A DNA stretch of 64,000 nt, from NCBI GenBank assembly GCA_964016885.1, contig OZ024742.1:346766001-346830000 (forward strand), given 5' to 3'. Each line of letters starts with the position of its first letter. Position 1 is the first letter of the stretch. This document shows, in pieces, positions 31,700-47,900 of this stretch. The notes below the pieces were generated by a model. The model was given only the letters and a program-made list of their open reading frames with translations. It ran no database searches and had not been told where the DNA came from. The stretch is from Eledone cirrhosa. Its lineage: Eukaryota. The translations under genes were made by a program, and so were the position numbers.

Positions 31700-34600
31700 A
31701 AGATACTTGTATTATAAGCCCACATTAAGATACTTGTAATATAAGCCAACATTAAGATACTTGTATTATAAGCCTACATTAAGATACTTGGAATATAAGC
31801 CTTCATTAAGATACTTGTATTATAAGCCAACATTAAGATACTTGTATTATAATCCCACATTAAGATACTTGTAATATAAGCCTACATTAAGATACTTGTA
31901 TTATAAGCCCACATTAAAATACTTGTATTATAAGCCCACATTAAGATACTTGTAATATAAGCCTACATTAAGATACTTGTATTATAAGCCCACATTAAGA
32001 TACGTGTAATATAAGCCAACATTAAGATACTTGTAATATAAGCCTAAATTAAGATACTCGTAATATAAGCCTCCATTAAGATACTTTTATTATAAGCCTT
32101 CATTAAGATACTTGTATTATAAGCCCACATTAAGATACTTGTAATATAAGCCTTCATTAAGATACTTGTAATATAAGTCTACATTAAGATACTTGTAATA
32201 TAAGCCTACATTAAGATACTTGTATTATAAGCCTACATTAAGATACTTGTAATATAAGCCGACATTAAGACACTTGTAATATAAGCGAAAATTAAGATAC
32301 TTGTAATATAAGCCCACATTAAGATACTTGTAATATAAGCCTTCATTAAGATACTTGTATTATAAGCCTACATTAAGATACTTGTAATATAAGCCTAAAT
32401 TAAGATAGTTGTATTATAAGCATACATTAAGATACTTGTATTATAAGCCGACATTAAGATACTTGTAATATAAGCCAACATTAAGATACTTGTATTATAA
32501 GCCTACATTAAGACACTTGTAATATAAGCCTCCATTAAGATACTTGTATTATAAGCCTACATTAAGATACTTGTATTATAAACCCACATTAAGATACTTG
32601 TAATATAAGCCAACATTAAGATACTTGTATTATAAGCCTACATTAAGATACTTGTAATATAAGCCTACATTAAGATACTTGTATTATAAGCCTACATTAA
32701 GATACTTGTATTATAATCCCACATTAAGATACTTGTAATATAAGCCTACATTAAGATACTTGTATTATAAGCCCACATTCAGATACTTGTATTATAAGCC
32801 CACATTAAGATACTTGTAATATAAGCCAACATTAAGATACTTGTAATATAAGTCTACATTAAGATACTCGTAATATAAGCCTACATTAAGATGCTTGTAA
32901 TATAAGCCTACATTAAGATACTTGTAATATAATCCTACATTAAGATACTTGTAATATAAGCCTACATTAAGATACTCGTAATATAAGCCTACATTAAGAT
33001 ACTTGTATTATAAGCCTACATTAAGATACTTGTAATATAATCCCACATTAAGATACTTGTATTATAAGCCTTCATTAAGATACTTGTAATATAAGCCTAC
33101 ATTAAGATACTTGTATTATAAGCCTACATTGAGATACTTGTATTATAAGCCCACATTAAGACACTTGTAATATAAGCCAACATTAAGATACTTGTAATAT
33201 AAGCCTCCATTAAGATACTTGTATTATAAGCCTACATTAAGATACTTGTAATATAAGCCTACATTAAGATACTTGTATTATAAGCCTTCATTAAGATACT
33301 TGTAATATAAGCCTACATTAAGATACTTGTATTATAAGCCTACATTGAGATACTTGTATTATAAGCCAACATTAAGACACTTGTAATATAAGCCTACATT
33401 AAGATACTTGTATTATAAGTCTACATTAAGATACTTGTAATATAAGCCGACATTAAGATACTTGTATTATAAGCCTACATTAAGATACTTGTAATATAAG
33501 TCTACAATAAGATACTTGTATTATAAGCCTACATTAAGATACTTGCATTATTAGCCCACATTAAGATACTTGTAATATAAGCCTACATTAAGATACTTGT
33601 ATTATAATCCTACATTAAGATACTTGTATTATAAGCTCCCATTAAGATACATGTAATATAATCCCACATTAAGATACTTGTAATATAATCCCACGTTATG
33701 ATACGTGTAAAATAAGCCAACATTAAGATACTTGTAATATAAGCTTACATTAAGATACTCGTAATATAAGCCTACATTAAGATACTTGTAATTTAAGCCT
33801 ACATTAAGATACTTGTATTATAAGCCTACATTAAGATACTTGTAATATAAGCCAACATTAAGATACTTGTATTATAAGCCTACATTAAGATACTTGGAAT
33901 ATAAGCCTTCATTAAGATACTTGTATTATAAGCCAACATTAAGATACTTGTATTATAATCCCACATTAAGATACTTGTAATATAAGCCTACATTAAGATA
34001 CTTGTATTATAAGCCCACATTAAAATACTTGTATTATAAGCCCACATTAAGATACTTGTAATATAAGCCTACATTAAGATACCTGTATTATAAGCCCACA
34101 TTAAGATACGTGTAATATAAGCCAACATTAAGATACTTGTAATATAAGCCTAAATTAAGATACTCGTAATATAAGCCTCCATTAAGATACTTTTATTATA
34201 AGCCTTCATTAAGATACTTGTATTATAAGCCCACATTAAGATACTTGTAATATAAGCCTTCATTAAGATACTTGTAATATAAGTCTATATTAAGATACTT
34301 GTAATATAAGCCTACATTAAGATACTTGTATTATAAGCCTACATTAAGATACTTGTAATATAAGCCGACATTAAGACACTTGTAATATAAGCGAAAATTA
34401 AGATACTTGTAATATAAGCCCACATTAAGATACTTGTAATATAAGCCTTCATTAAGATACTTGTATTATAAGCCTACATTAAGATACTTGTAATATAAGC
34501 CTACATTAAGATACTTGTATTATAAGCCTACATTAAGATACTTGTAATATAAGCCTAAATTAAGATAGTTGTATTATAAGCATACATTAAGATACTTGTA

Positions 34601-37600
34601 TTATAAGCCGACATTAAGATACTTGTAATATAAGCCAACATTAAGATACTTGTATTATAAGCCTACATTAAGATACTTGTAATATAAGCCTCCATTAAGA
34701 TACTTGTATTATAAGCCTACATTAAGATACTTGTATTATAAACCCACATTAAGATACTTGTAATATAAGCCAACATTAAGATACTTGTATTATAAGCCTA
34801 CATTAAGATACTTGTAATATAAGCCTCCATTAAGATACTTGTATTATAAGCCTACATTAAGATACTTGTAATATAAGCCCACATTAAGATACTTGTAATA
34901 TAAGCCTTCATTAAGATACTTGTAATATAAGTCTACATTAAGATACTTGTAATATAAGTCTACATTAAGATACTTGTATTATAAGCCTACATTAAGATAC
35001 TTGTAATATAAGCCAACATTAAGATACTTGTATTATAAGCCTACATTAAGATACTTGGAATATAAGCCTTCATTAAGATACTTGTATTATAAGCCAACAT
35101 TAAGATACTTGTATTATAATCCCACATTAAGATACTTGTAATATAAGCCTACATTAAGATACTTGTATTATAAGCCCACATTAAAATACTTGTATTATAA
35201 GCCCACATTAAGATACTTGTAATATAAGCCTACATTAAGATACCTGTATTATAAGCCCACATTAAGATACGTGTAATATAAGCCAACATTAAGATACTTG
35301 TAATATAAGCCTACATTAAGATACTCGTAATATAAGCCTCCATTAAGATACTTTTATTATAAGCCTTCATTAAGATACTTGTATTATAAGCCCACATTAA
35401 GATACTTGTAATATAAGCCTTCATTAAGATACTTGTAATATAAGTCTACATTAAGATACTTGTAATATAAGCCTACATTAAGATACTTGTATTATAAGCC
35501 TACATTAAGATACTTGTAATATAAGCCGACATTAAGACACTTGTAATATAAGCGAAAATTAAGATACTTGTAATATAAGCCCACATTAAGATACTTGTAA
35601 TATAAGCCTTCATTAAGATACTTGTATTATAAGCCTACATTAAGATACTTGTAATATAAGCCTACATTAAGATACTTGTATTATAAGCCTACATTAAGAT
35701 ACTTGTAATATAAGCCTAAATTAAGATAGTTGTATTATAAGCATACATTAAGATACTTGTATTATAAGCCGACATTAAGATACTTGTAATATAAGCCAAC
35801 ATTAAGATACTTGTATTATAAGCCTACATTAAGATACTTGTAATATAAGCCTCCATTAAGATACTTGTATTATAAGCCTACATTAAGATACTTGTATTAT
35901 AAACCCACATTAAGATACTTGTAATATAAGCCAACATTAAGATACTTGTATTATAAGCCTACATTAAGATACTTGTAATATAAGCCTCCATTAAGATACT
36001 TGTATTATAAGCCTACATTAAGATACTTGTAATATAAGCCCACATTAAGATACTTGTAATATAAGCCTTCATTAAGATACTTGTAATATAAGTCTACATT
36101 AAGATACTTGTAATATAAGTCTACATTAAGATACTTGTATTATAAGCCTACATTAAGATACTTGTATTATAAGCCTACATTAAGATACTTGTAATATAAG
36201 CCTACATTTAGATACTTGTAATATAAGCCAACATTAAGATACTTGTAATATAAGCCAACATTAAGATACTTGTATTATAAGCCTACATTAAGATACTTGT
36301 AATATAAGCCTACATTAAGATACTTGTAATATAAGCCTACATTAAGATACGTGTAATATAAGCCTACATTAAGATACTTGTAATATAAGCCTTCATTAAG
36401 ATACATGTATTATAAGCCTTCATTAAGAAACTTGTAATATAAGCCTACATTAAGATACTTGTATTATAAGCCTACATTAAGATACTTGTATTATAAGCCC
36501 ACATTAAGACATTTGTAATATAAGCCTACATTAAGATACTTGTATTATAAGTCTACATTATGATACTTGTAATATAAGCCCACATTAAGATACTTGTATT
36601 ATAAGCCTACATTAAGATACTTGTAATATAAGCCTACATTAAGATACTTGTATCATAAGCCTACATTAAGATACTTGCATTATAAGTCCACATTAAGATA
36701 CTTGTAATATAAGCCTACATTAAGATACTTGTATTATAAGCCTACATTAAGATACTTATATTATAAGCCAACATTAAGATACTTGTAATATAATCCCACA
36801 TTAAGATACTTGTAATATAATCCCACATTAAGATACTTGTTATATAATCCCACATTAAGATACTTGTAATATAAGCCTACATTAAGATACTTGTAATATA
36901 ATCCAACATTAAGATACTTGTAATATAAGCCTAGGTTAATATACGTGTAATATAAGCCAACATTAAGATACTTGTAATATAAGCCTACATTAAGATACTC
37001 GTAAAATAAGCCTACATTAAGATACTTGTAATATAAGCCAACATTAAGATACTTGTAATATAAGCCTACATTAAGATACTTGTAATATAAGCCAACATTA
37101 AGATACTTGTATTATAAGCCTACATTAAGATACTTGTAATATAAGCCGACATTAAGAGACTTGTAATATAAGCGAAAATTAAGATACTTGTAATATAAGC
37201 CCACATTAAGATACTTGTAATATAAGCCTTCATTAAGATACTTGTATTATAAGCCCACATTAAGATACTTGTAATATAAGCCAACATTAAGATACTTGTA
37301 TTATAAGCCTACATTAAGATACTTGGAATATAAGCCTTCATTAAGATACTTGTATTATAAGCCAACATTAAGATACTTGTATTATAATCCCACATTAAGA
37401 TACTTGTAATATAAGCCTACATTAAGATACTTGTATTATAAGCCCACATTAAAATACTTGTATTATAAGCCCACATTAAGATACTTGTAATATAAGCCTA
37501 CATTAAGATACTTGTATTATAAGCCCACATTAAGATACGTGTAATATAAGCCAACATTAAGATACTTGTAATATAAGCCTAAATTAAGATACTCGTAATA

Positions 37601-40600
37601 TAAGCCTCCATTAAGATACTTTTATTATAAGCCCACATTAAGATACTTGTAATATAAGCCTTCATTAAGATACTTGTAATATAAGTCTACATTAAGATAC
37701 TTGTAATATAAGCCTACATTAAGATACTTGTATTATAAGCCTACATTAAGATACTTGTAATATAAGCCGACATTAAGACACTTGTAATATAAGCGAAAAT
37801 TAAGATACTTGTAATATAAGCCCACATTAAGATACTTGTAATATAAGCCTTCATTAAGATACTTGTATTATAAGCCTACATTAAGATACTTGTAATATAA
37901 GCCTAAATTAAGATAGTTGTATTATAAGCATACATTAAGATACTTGTATTATAAGCCGACATTAAGATACTTGTAATATAAGCCAACATTAAGATACTTG
38001 TATTATAAGCCTACATTAAGACACTTGTAATATAAGCCTCCATTAAGATACTTGTATTATAAGCCTACATTAAGATACTTGTATTATAAACCCACATTAA
38101 GATACTTGTAATATAAGCCAACATTAAGATACTTGTATTATAAGCCTACATTAAGATACTTGTAATATAAGCCTACATTAAGATACTTGTATTATAAGCC
38201 TACATTAAGATACTTGTATTATAATCCCACATTAAGATACTTGTAATATAAGCCTACATTAAGATACTTGTATTATAAGCCCACATTCAGATACTTGTAT
38301 TATAAGCCCACATTAAGATACTTGTAATATAAGCCAACATTAAGATACTTGTAATATAAGTCTACATTAAGATACTCGTAATATAAGCCTACATTAAGAT
38401 GCTTGTAATATAAGCCTACATTAAGATACTTGTAATATAATCCTACATTAAGATACTTGTAATATAAGCCTACATTAAGATACTCGTAATATAAGCCTAC
38501 ATTAAGATACTTGTATTATAAGCCTACATTAAGATACTTGTAATATAATCCCACATTAAGATACTTGTATTATAAGCCTTCATTAAGATACTTGTAATAT
38601 AAGCCTACATTAAGATACTTGTATTATAAGCCTACATTGAGATACTTGTATTATAAGCCCACATTAAGACACTTGTAATATAAGCCAACATTAAGATACT
38701 TGTAATATAAGCCTCCATTAAGATACTTGTATTATAAGCCTACATTAAGATACTTGTAATATAAGCCTACATTAAGATACTTGTATTATAAGCCTTCATT
38801 AAGATACTTGTAATATAAGCCTACATTAAGATACTTGTATTATAAGCCTACATTGAGATACTTGTATTATAAGCCAACATTAAGACACTTGTAATATAAG
38901 CCTACATTAAGATACTTGTATTATAAGTCTACATTAAGATACTTGTAATATAAGCCGACATTAAGATACTTGTATTATAAGCCTACATTAAGATACTTGT
39001 AATATAAGTCTACAATAAGATACTTGTATTATAAGCCTACATTAAGATACTTGCATTATTAGCCCACATTAAGATACTTGTAATATAAGCCTACATTAAG
39101 ATACTTGTATTATAATCCTACATTAAGATACTTGTATTATAAGCTCCCATTAAGATACATGTAATATAATCCCACATTAAGATACTTGTAATATAATCCC
39201 ACGTTATGATACGTGTAAAATAAGCCAACATTAAGATACTTGTAATATAAGCTTACATTAAGATACTCGTAATATAAGCCTACATTAAGATACTTGTAAT
39301 TTAAGCCTACATTAAGATACTTGTATTATAAGCCTACATTAAGATACTTGTAATATAAGCCAACATTAAGATACTTGTATTATAAGCCTACATTAAGATA
39401 CTTGGAATATAAGCCTTCATTAAGATACTTGTATTATAAGCCAACATTAAGATACTTGTATTATAATCCCACATTAAGATACTTGTAATATAAGCCTACA
39501 TTAAGATACTTGTATTATAAGCCCACATTAAAATACTTGTATTATAAGCCCACATTAAGATACTTGTAATATAAGCCTACATTAAGATACCTGTATTATA
39601 AGCCCACATTAAGATACGTGTAATATAAGCCAACATTAAGATACTTGTAATATAAGCCTAAATTAAGATACTCGTAATATAAGCCTCCATTAAGATACTT
39701 TTATTATAAGCCTTCATTAAGATACTTGTATTATAAGCCAACATTAAGATACTTGTAATATAAGCCTTCATTAAGATACTTGTAATATAAGTCTACATTA
39801 AGATACTTGTAATATAAGCCTACATTAAGATACTTGTATTATAAGCCTACATTAAGATACTTGTAATATAAGCCGACATTAAGACACTTGTAATATAAGC
39901 GAAAATTAAGATACTTGTAATATAAGCCCACATTAAGATACTTGTAATATAAGCCTTCATTAAGATACTTGTATTATAAGCCTACATTAAGATACTTGTA
40001 ATATAAGCCTACATTAAGATACTTGTATTATAAGCCTACATTAAGATACTTGTAATATAAGCCTAAATTAAGATAGTTGTATTATAAGCATACATTAAGA
40101 TACTTGTATTATAAGCCGACATTAAGATACTTGTAATATAAGCCAACATTAAGATACTTGTATTATAAGCCTACATTAAGATACTTGTAATATAAGCCTC
40201 CATTAAGATACTTGTATTATAAGCCTACATTAAGATACTTGTATTATAAACCCACATTAAGATACTTGTAATATAAGCCAACATTAAGATACTTGTATTA
40301 TAAGCCTACATTAAGATACTTGTAATATAAGCCTCCATTAAGATACTTGTATTATAAGCCTACATTAAGATACTTGTAATATAAGCCCACATTAAGATAC
40401 TTGTAATATAAGCCTTCATTAAGATACTTGTAATATAAGTCTACATTAAGATACTTGTAATATAAGTCTACATTAAGATACTTGTATTATAAGCCTACAT
40501 TAAGATACTTGTATTATAAGCCTACATTAAGATACTTGTAATATAAGCCTACATTTAGATACTTGTAATATAAGCCAACATTAAGATACTTGTAATATAA

Positions 40601-41600
40601 GCCAACATTAAGATACTTGTATTATAAGCCTACATTAAGATACTTGTAATATAAGCCTACATTAAGATACTTGTAATATAAGCCTACATTAAGATACGTG
40701 TAATATAAGCCTACATTAAGATACTTGTAATATAAGCCTTCATTAAGATACATGTATTATAAGCCTTCATTAAGAAACTTGTAATATAAGCCTACATTAA
40801 GATACTTGTATTATAAGCCTACATTAAGATACTTGTATTATAAGCCCACATTAAGACATTTGTAATATAAGCCTACATTAAGATACTTGTATTATAAGTC
40901 TACATTATGATACTTGTAATATAAGCCCACATTAAGATACTTGTATTATAAGCCTACATTAAGATACTTGTAATATAAGCCTACATTAAGATACTTGTAT
41001 CATAAGCCTACATTAAGATACTTGCATTATAAGTCCACATTAAGATACTTGTAATATAAGCCTACATTAAGATACTTGTATTATAAGCCTACATTAAGAT
41101 ACTTATATTATAAGCCAACATTAAGATACTTGTAATATAATCCCACATTAAGATACTTGTAATATAATCCCACATTAAGATACTTGTTATATAATCCCAC
41201 ATTAAGATACTTGTAATATAAGCCTACATTAAGATACTTGTAATATAATCCAACATTAAGATACTTGTAATATAAGCCTAGGTTAATATACGTGTAATAT
41301 AAGCCAACATTAAGATACTTGTAATATAAGCCTACATTAAGATACTCGTAAAATAAGCCTACATTAAGATACTTGTAATATAAGCCAACATTAAGATACT
41401 TGTAATATAAGCCTACATTAAGATACTTGTAATATAAGCCAACATTAAGATACTTGTATTATAAGCCTACATTAAGATACTTGTAATATAAGCCGACATT
41501 AAGAGACTTGTAATATAAGCGAAAATTAAGATACTTGTAATATAAGCCCACATTAAGATACTTGTAATATAAGCCTTCATTAAGATACTTGTATTATAAG
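31700..41600. repeat. Tandem duplication of a ~4,347-bp (161-monomer) block whose first copy carries an internal 1,161-bp (43-monomer) duplication
   Basis: Offset 5508: 32285/37793, 33635/39143, 33791/39299, 34078/39586, 34391/39899. Offset 4347: 35552/39899, 36930/41277, 37172/41519. Offset 1161: 34078/35239, 34391/35552. 5508 - 1161 = 4347. Boundaries approximate. Confidence 0.8.
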
Positions 41601-44600
41601 CCTACATTAAGATACTTGTAATATAAGCCTACATTAAGATACTTGTATTATAAGCCTACATTAAGATACTTGTATTATAAGCCCACATTAAGATACTTGT
41701 AATATAATCCCACATTAAGATACTTGTAATATAATCCCACATTAAGATACTTGTTATATAATCCCACATTAAGATACTTGTAATATAAGCCTACATTAAG
41801 ATACTTGTAATATAATCCCACATTAAGATACTTGTAATATAAGCCTAGGTTAAGATACGTGTAATATAAGCCAACATTAAGATACTTGTAATATAAGCCT
41901 ACATTAAGATACTTGTATTATAAGCCTACATTGAGATACTTGTATTATAAGCCAACATTAAGACACTTGTAATATAAGCCTACATTAAGATACTTGTATT
42001 ATAAGTCTACATTAAGATACTTGTAATATAAGCCGACATTAAGATACTTGTATTATAAGCCTACATTAAGATACTTGTAATATAAGCCTACAATAAGATA
42101 CTTGTATTATAAGCCTACATTAAGATACTTGCATTATTAGCCCACATTAAGATACTTGTAATATAAGCCTACATTAAGATACTTGTATTATAATCCTACA
42201 TTAAGATACTTGTATTATAAGCTCCCATTAAGATACATGTAATATAATCCCACATTAAGATACTTGTAATATAATCCCACGTTATGATACGTGTAAAATA
42301 AGCCAACATTAAGATACTTGTAATATAAGCTTACATTAAGATACTCGTAATATAAGCCTACATTAAGATACTTGTAATATAAGCCTACATTAAGATACTT
42401 GTATTATAAGCCTACATTAAGATACTTGTAATATAAGCCAACATTAAGATACTTGTATTATAAGCCTACATTAAGATACTTGGAATATAAGCCTTCATTA
42501 AGATACTTGTATTATAAGCCAACATTAAGATACTTGTATTATAATCCCACATTAAGATACTTGTAATATAAGCCTACATTAAGATACTTGTATTATAAGC
42601 CCACATTAAAATACTTGTATTATAAGCCCACATTAAGATACTTGTAATATAAGCCTACATTAAGATACTTGTATTATAAGCCCACATTAAGATACGTGTA
42701 ATATAAGCCAACATTAAGATACTTGTAATATAAGCCTAAATTAAGATACTCGTAATATAAGCCTCCATTAAGATACTTTTATTATAAGCCTTCATTAAGA
42801 TACTTGTATTATAAGCCCACATTAAGATACTTGTGATATAAGCCTTCATTAAGATACTTGTAATATAAGTCTACATTAAGATACTTGTAATATAAGCCTA
42901 CATTAAGATACTTGTATTATAAGCCTACATTAAGATACTTGTAATATAAGCCGACATTAAGACACTTGTAATATAAGCGAAAATTAAGATACTTGTAATA
43001 TAAGCCCACATTAAGATACTTGTAATATAAGCCTTCATTAAGATACTTGTATTATAAGCCTACATTAAGATACTTGTAATATAAGCCTACATTAAGATAC
43101 TTGTATTATAAGCCTACATTAAGATACTTGTAATATAAGCCTAAATTAAGATAGTTGTATTATAAGCATACATTAAGATACTTGTATTATAAGCCGACAT
43201 TAAGATACTTGTAATATAAGCCAACATTAAGATATTTGTATTATAAGCCTACATTAAGATACTTGTAATATAAGCCTCCATTAAGATACTTGTATTATAA
43301 GTCTACATTAAGATACTTGTATTATAAACCCACATTAAGATACTTGTAATATAAGCCAACATTAAGATACTTGTATTATAAGCCTACATTAAGATACTTG
43401 TAATATAAGCCTCCATTAAGATACTTGTATTATAAGCCTACATTAAGATACTTGTAATATAAGCCCACATTAAGATACTTGTAATATAAGCCTTCATTAA
43501 GATACTTGTAATATAAGTCTACATTAAGATACTTGTAATATAAGTCTACATTAAGATACTTGTATTATAAGCCTACATTAAGATACTTGTATTATAAGCC
43601 TACATTAAGATACTTGTAATATAAGCCTACATTTAGATACTTGTAATATAAGCCAACATTAAGATACTTGTAATATAAGCCAACATTAAGATACTTGTAT
43701 TATAAGCCTACATTAAGATACTTGTAATATAAGCCTACATTAAGATACTTGTAATATAAGCCTACATTAAGATACGTGTAATATAAGCCTACATTAAGAT
43801 ACTTGTAATATAAGCCTTCATTAAGATACATGTATTATAAGCCTTCATTAAGAAACTTGTAATATAAGCCTACATTAAGATACTTGTATTATAAGCCTAC
43901 ATTAAGATACTTGTATTATAAGCCAACATTAAGACACTTGTAATATAAGCCTACATTAAGATACTTGTATTATAAGTCTACATTATGATACTTGTAATAT
44001 AAGCCCACATTAAGATACTTGTATTATAAGCCTACATTAAGATACTTGTAATATAAGCCTACATTAAGATACTTGTATCATAAGCCTACATTAAGATACT
44101 TGCATTATAAGTCCACATTAAGATACTTGTAATATAAGCCTACATTAAGATACTTGTATTATAAGCCTACATTAAGATACTTATATTATAAGCCAACATT
44201 AAGATACTTGTAATATAATCCCACATTAAGATACTTGTAATATAATCCCACATTAAGATACTTGTTATATAATCCCACATTAAGATACTTGTAATATAAG
44301 CCTACATTAAGATACTTGTAATATAATCCAACATTAAGATACTTGTAATATAAGCCTAGGTTAATATACGTGTAATATAAGCCAACATTAAGATACTTGT
44401 AATATAAGCCTACATTAAGATACTCGTAAAATAAGCCTACATTAAGATACTTGTAATATAAGCCAACATTAAGATACTTGTAATATAAGCCTACATTAAG
44501 ATACTTGTAATATAAGCCAACATTAAGATACTTGTATTATAAGCCTACATTAAGATACTTGTAATATAAGCCGACATTAAGAGACTTGTAATATAAGCGA

Positions 44601-44980
44601 AAATTAAGATACTTGTAATATAAGCCCACATTAAGATACTTGTAATATAAGCCTTCATTAAGATACTTGTATTATAAGCCTACATTAAGATACTTGTAAT
44701 ATAAGCCTACATTAAGATACTTGTATTATAAGCCTACATTAAGATACTTGTATTATAAGCCCACATTAAGATACTTGTAATATAATCCCACATTAAGATA
44801 CTTGTAATATAATCCCACATTAAGATACTTGTTATATAATCCCACATTAAGATACTTGTAATATAAGCCTACATTAAGATACTTGTAATATAATCCCACA
44901 TTAAGATACTTGTAATATAAGCCTAGGTTAAGATACGTGTAATATAAGCCATCATTAAGATACTTGTAATATAAGCCTAC
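38850..44980. repeat. Tandem duplication of 3,078 bp (114 monomers)
   Basis: Marker pairs 39143/42221 (GCTCCC), 39899/42977 (GCGAAAATT), 41277/44355 and 41844/44922 (CCTAGG), 41519/44597. Boundaries approximate. Confidence 0.8.
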
Positions 44981-47900
44981 ATTAAGATACTCGTAATATA
45001 AGCCTACATTAAGATACTTGTAATATAAGCCAACATTAAGATACTTGTATTATAAGCCTACATTAAGATACTTGTAATATAAGCCGACATTAAGATACTT
45101 GTAATATATGCGAAAATTAAGATACTTGTAATATAAGCCCACATTAAGATACTTGTAATATAAGCCTTCATTAAGATACCTGTATTATAAGCCTGCATTA
45201 AGATACTTGTAATATAACCCTACATTAAGATACTTGTATTATAAACCTACATTAAGATACTTGTAATATAAGCCTAAATTAAGATAGTTGTATTATAAGC
45301 ATACATTAAGATACTTGTATTATAAGCCAACATTAAGATACTTGTAATATAAGCCAACATTAAGATACTTGTATTATAAGCCTACATTAAGATACTTGTA
45401 ATATAAGCCTACATAAAGATACTTGTATTATAAGCCTACATTAAGATACTTGTATTATAATCCCACATTAAGATACTTGTAATATAAGCCTACATTAAGA
45501 TACTTGTATTATAAGCCCACATTCAGATACTTGTATTATAAGCCCACATTAAGATACTTGTAATATAAGCCAACATTAAGATACTTGTAATATAAGTCTA
45601 CATTAAGATACTCGTAATATAAGCCTACATTAAGATGCTTGTAATATAAGCCTACATTAAGATACTTGTAATATAATCCTACATTAAGATACTTGTAATA
45701 TAAGCCTACATTAAGATACTCGTAATATAAGCCTACATTAAGATACTTGTATTATAAGCCTACATTAAGATACTTGTAATGTAATCCCACATTAAGATAC
45801 TTGTATTATAAGCCTTCATTAAGATACTTGTAATATAAGCCTACATTAAGATACTTGTATTATAAGCCTACATTGAGATACTTGTATTATAAGCCCACAT
45901 TAAGACACTTGTAATATAAGCCAACATTAAGATACTTGTAATATAAGCCTCCATTAAGATACTTGTATTATAAGCCTACATTAAGATACTTGTAATATAA
46001 GCCTACATTAAGATACTTGTATTATAAGCCTTCATTAAGATACTTGTAATATAAGCCTACATTAAGATACTTGTATTATAAGCCTACATTGAGATACTTG
46101 TATTATAAGCCAACATTAAGACACTTGTAATATAAGCCTACATTAAGATACTTGTATTATAAGTCTACATTAAGATACTTGTAATATAAGCCGACATTAA
46201 GATACTTGTATTATAAGCCTACATTAAGATACTTGTAATATAAGCCTACAATAAGATACTTGTATTATAAGCCTACATTAAGATACTTGCATTATTAGCC
46301 CACATTAAGATACTTGTAATATAAGCCTACATTAAGATACTTGTATTATAATCCTACATTAAGATACTTGTATTATAAGCTCCCATTAAGATACTTGTAA
46401 TATAATCCCACATTAAGATACTTGTAATATAATCCCACGTTATGATACGTGTAAAATAAGCCAACATTAAGATACTTGTAATATAAGCTTACATTAAGAT
46501 ACTCGTAATATAAGCCTACATTAAGATACTTGTAATATAAGCCAACATTAAGATATTTGTATTATAAGCCTACATTAAGATACTTGTAATAGAAGCCTAC
46601 ATTAAGATAATTGTATTATAAGCCTACATTAAGATACTTGTAATATAAGCCTAAATTAAGATACTTGTATTATAAGCCGACATTAAGATACTTGTAATAT
46701 AAGCCAACATTAAGATACTTGTATTATAAGCCTTCATTAAGATACTTGGAATATAAGCCTTCATTAAGATACATGTATTATAAGCCAACATTAAGATACT
46801 TGTATTATAATCCCACATTAAGATACTTGTAATATAAGCCTACATTAAGATACTTGTATTATAAGCCCACATTAAAATACTTGTATTATAAGCCCACATT
46901 AAGATACTTGTAATATAAGCCTACATTAAGATACTTGTATTATAAGCCCACATTAAGATACGTGTAATATAAGCCAACATTAAGATACTTGTAATATAAG
47001 CCTAAATTAAGATACTCGTAATATAAGCCTCCATTAAGATACTTTTATTATAAGCCTTCATTAAGATACTTGTATTATAAGCCCACATTAAGATACTTGT
47101 AATATAAGCCTTCATTAAGATACTTGTAATATAAGTCTACATTAAGATACTTGTAATATAAGCCTACATTAAGATACTTGTATTATAAGCCTACATTAAG
47201 ATACTTGTAATATAAGCCGACATTAAGACACTTGTAATATAAGCGAAAATTAAGATACTTGTAATATAAGCCCACATTAAGATACTTGTAATATAAGCCT
47301 TCATTAAGATACTTGTATTATAAGCCTACATTAAGATACTTGTAATATAAGCCTACATTAAGATACTTGTATTATAAGCCTACATTAAGATACTTGTAAT
47401 ATAAGCCTAAATTAAGATAGTTGTATTATAAGCATACATTAAGATACTTGTATTATAAGCCGACATTAAGATACTTGTAATATAAGCCAACATTAAGATA
47501 CTTGTATTATAAGCCTACATTAAGATACTTGTAATATAAGCCTCCATTAAGATACTTGTATTATAAGCCTACATTAAGATACTTGTATTATAAGCCTACA
47601 TTAAGATACTTGTAATATAAGCCTCCATTAAGATACTTGTATTATAAGCCTACATTAAGATACTTGTATTATAAGCCTACATTAAGATACTTGTAATATA
47701 AGCCTTCATTAAGATACTTGTAATATAAGTCTACATTAAGATACTTGTAATATAAGCCTACATTAAGATACTTGTATTATAAGCCTACATTAAGATACTT
47801 GTATTATCAGCCTACATTAAGATACTTGTAATATAAGCCTACATTAAGATACTTGTAATATAAGCCAACATTAAGATACTTGTAATATAAGCCAACATTA

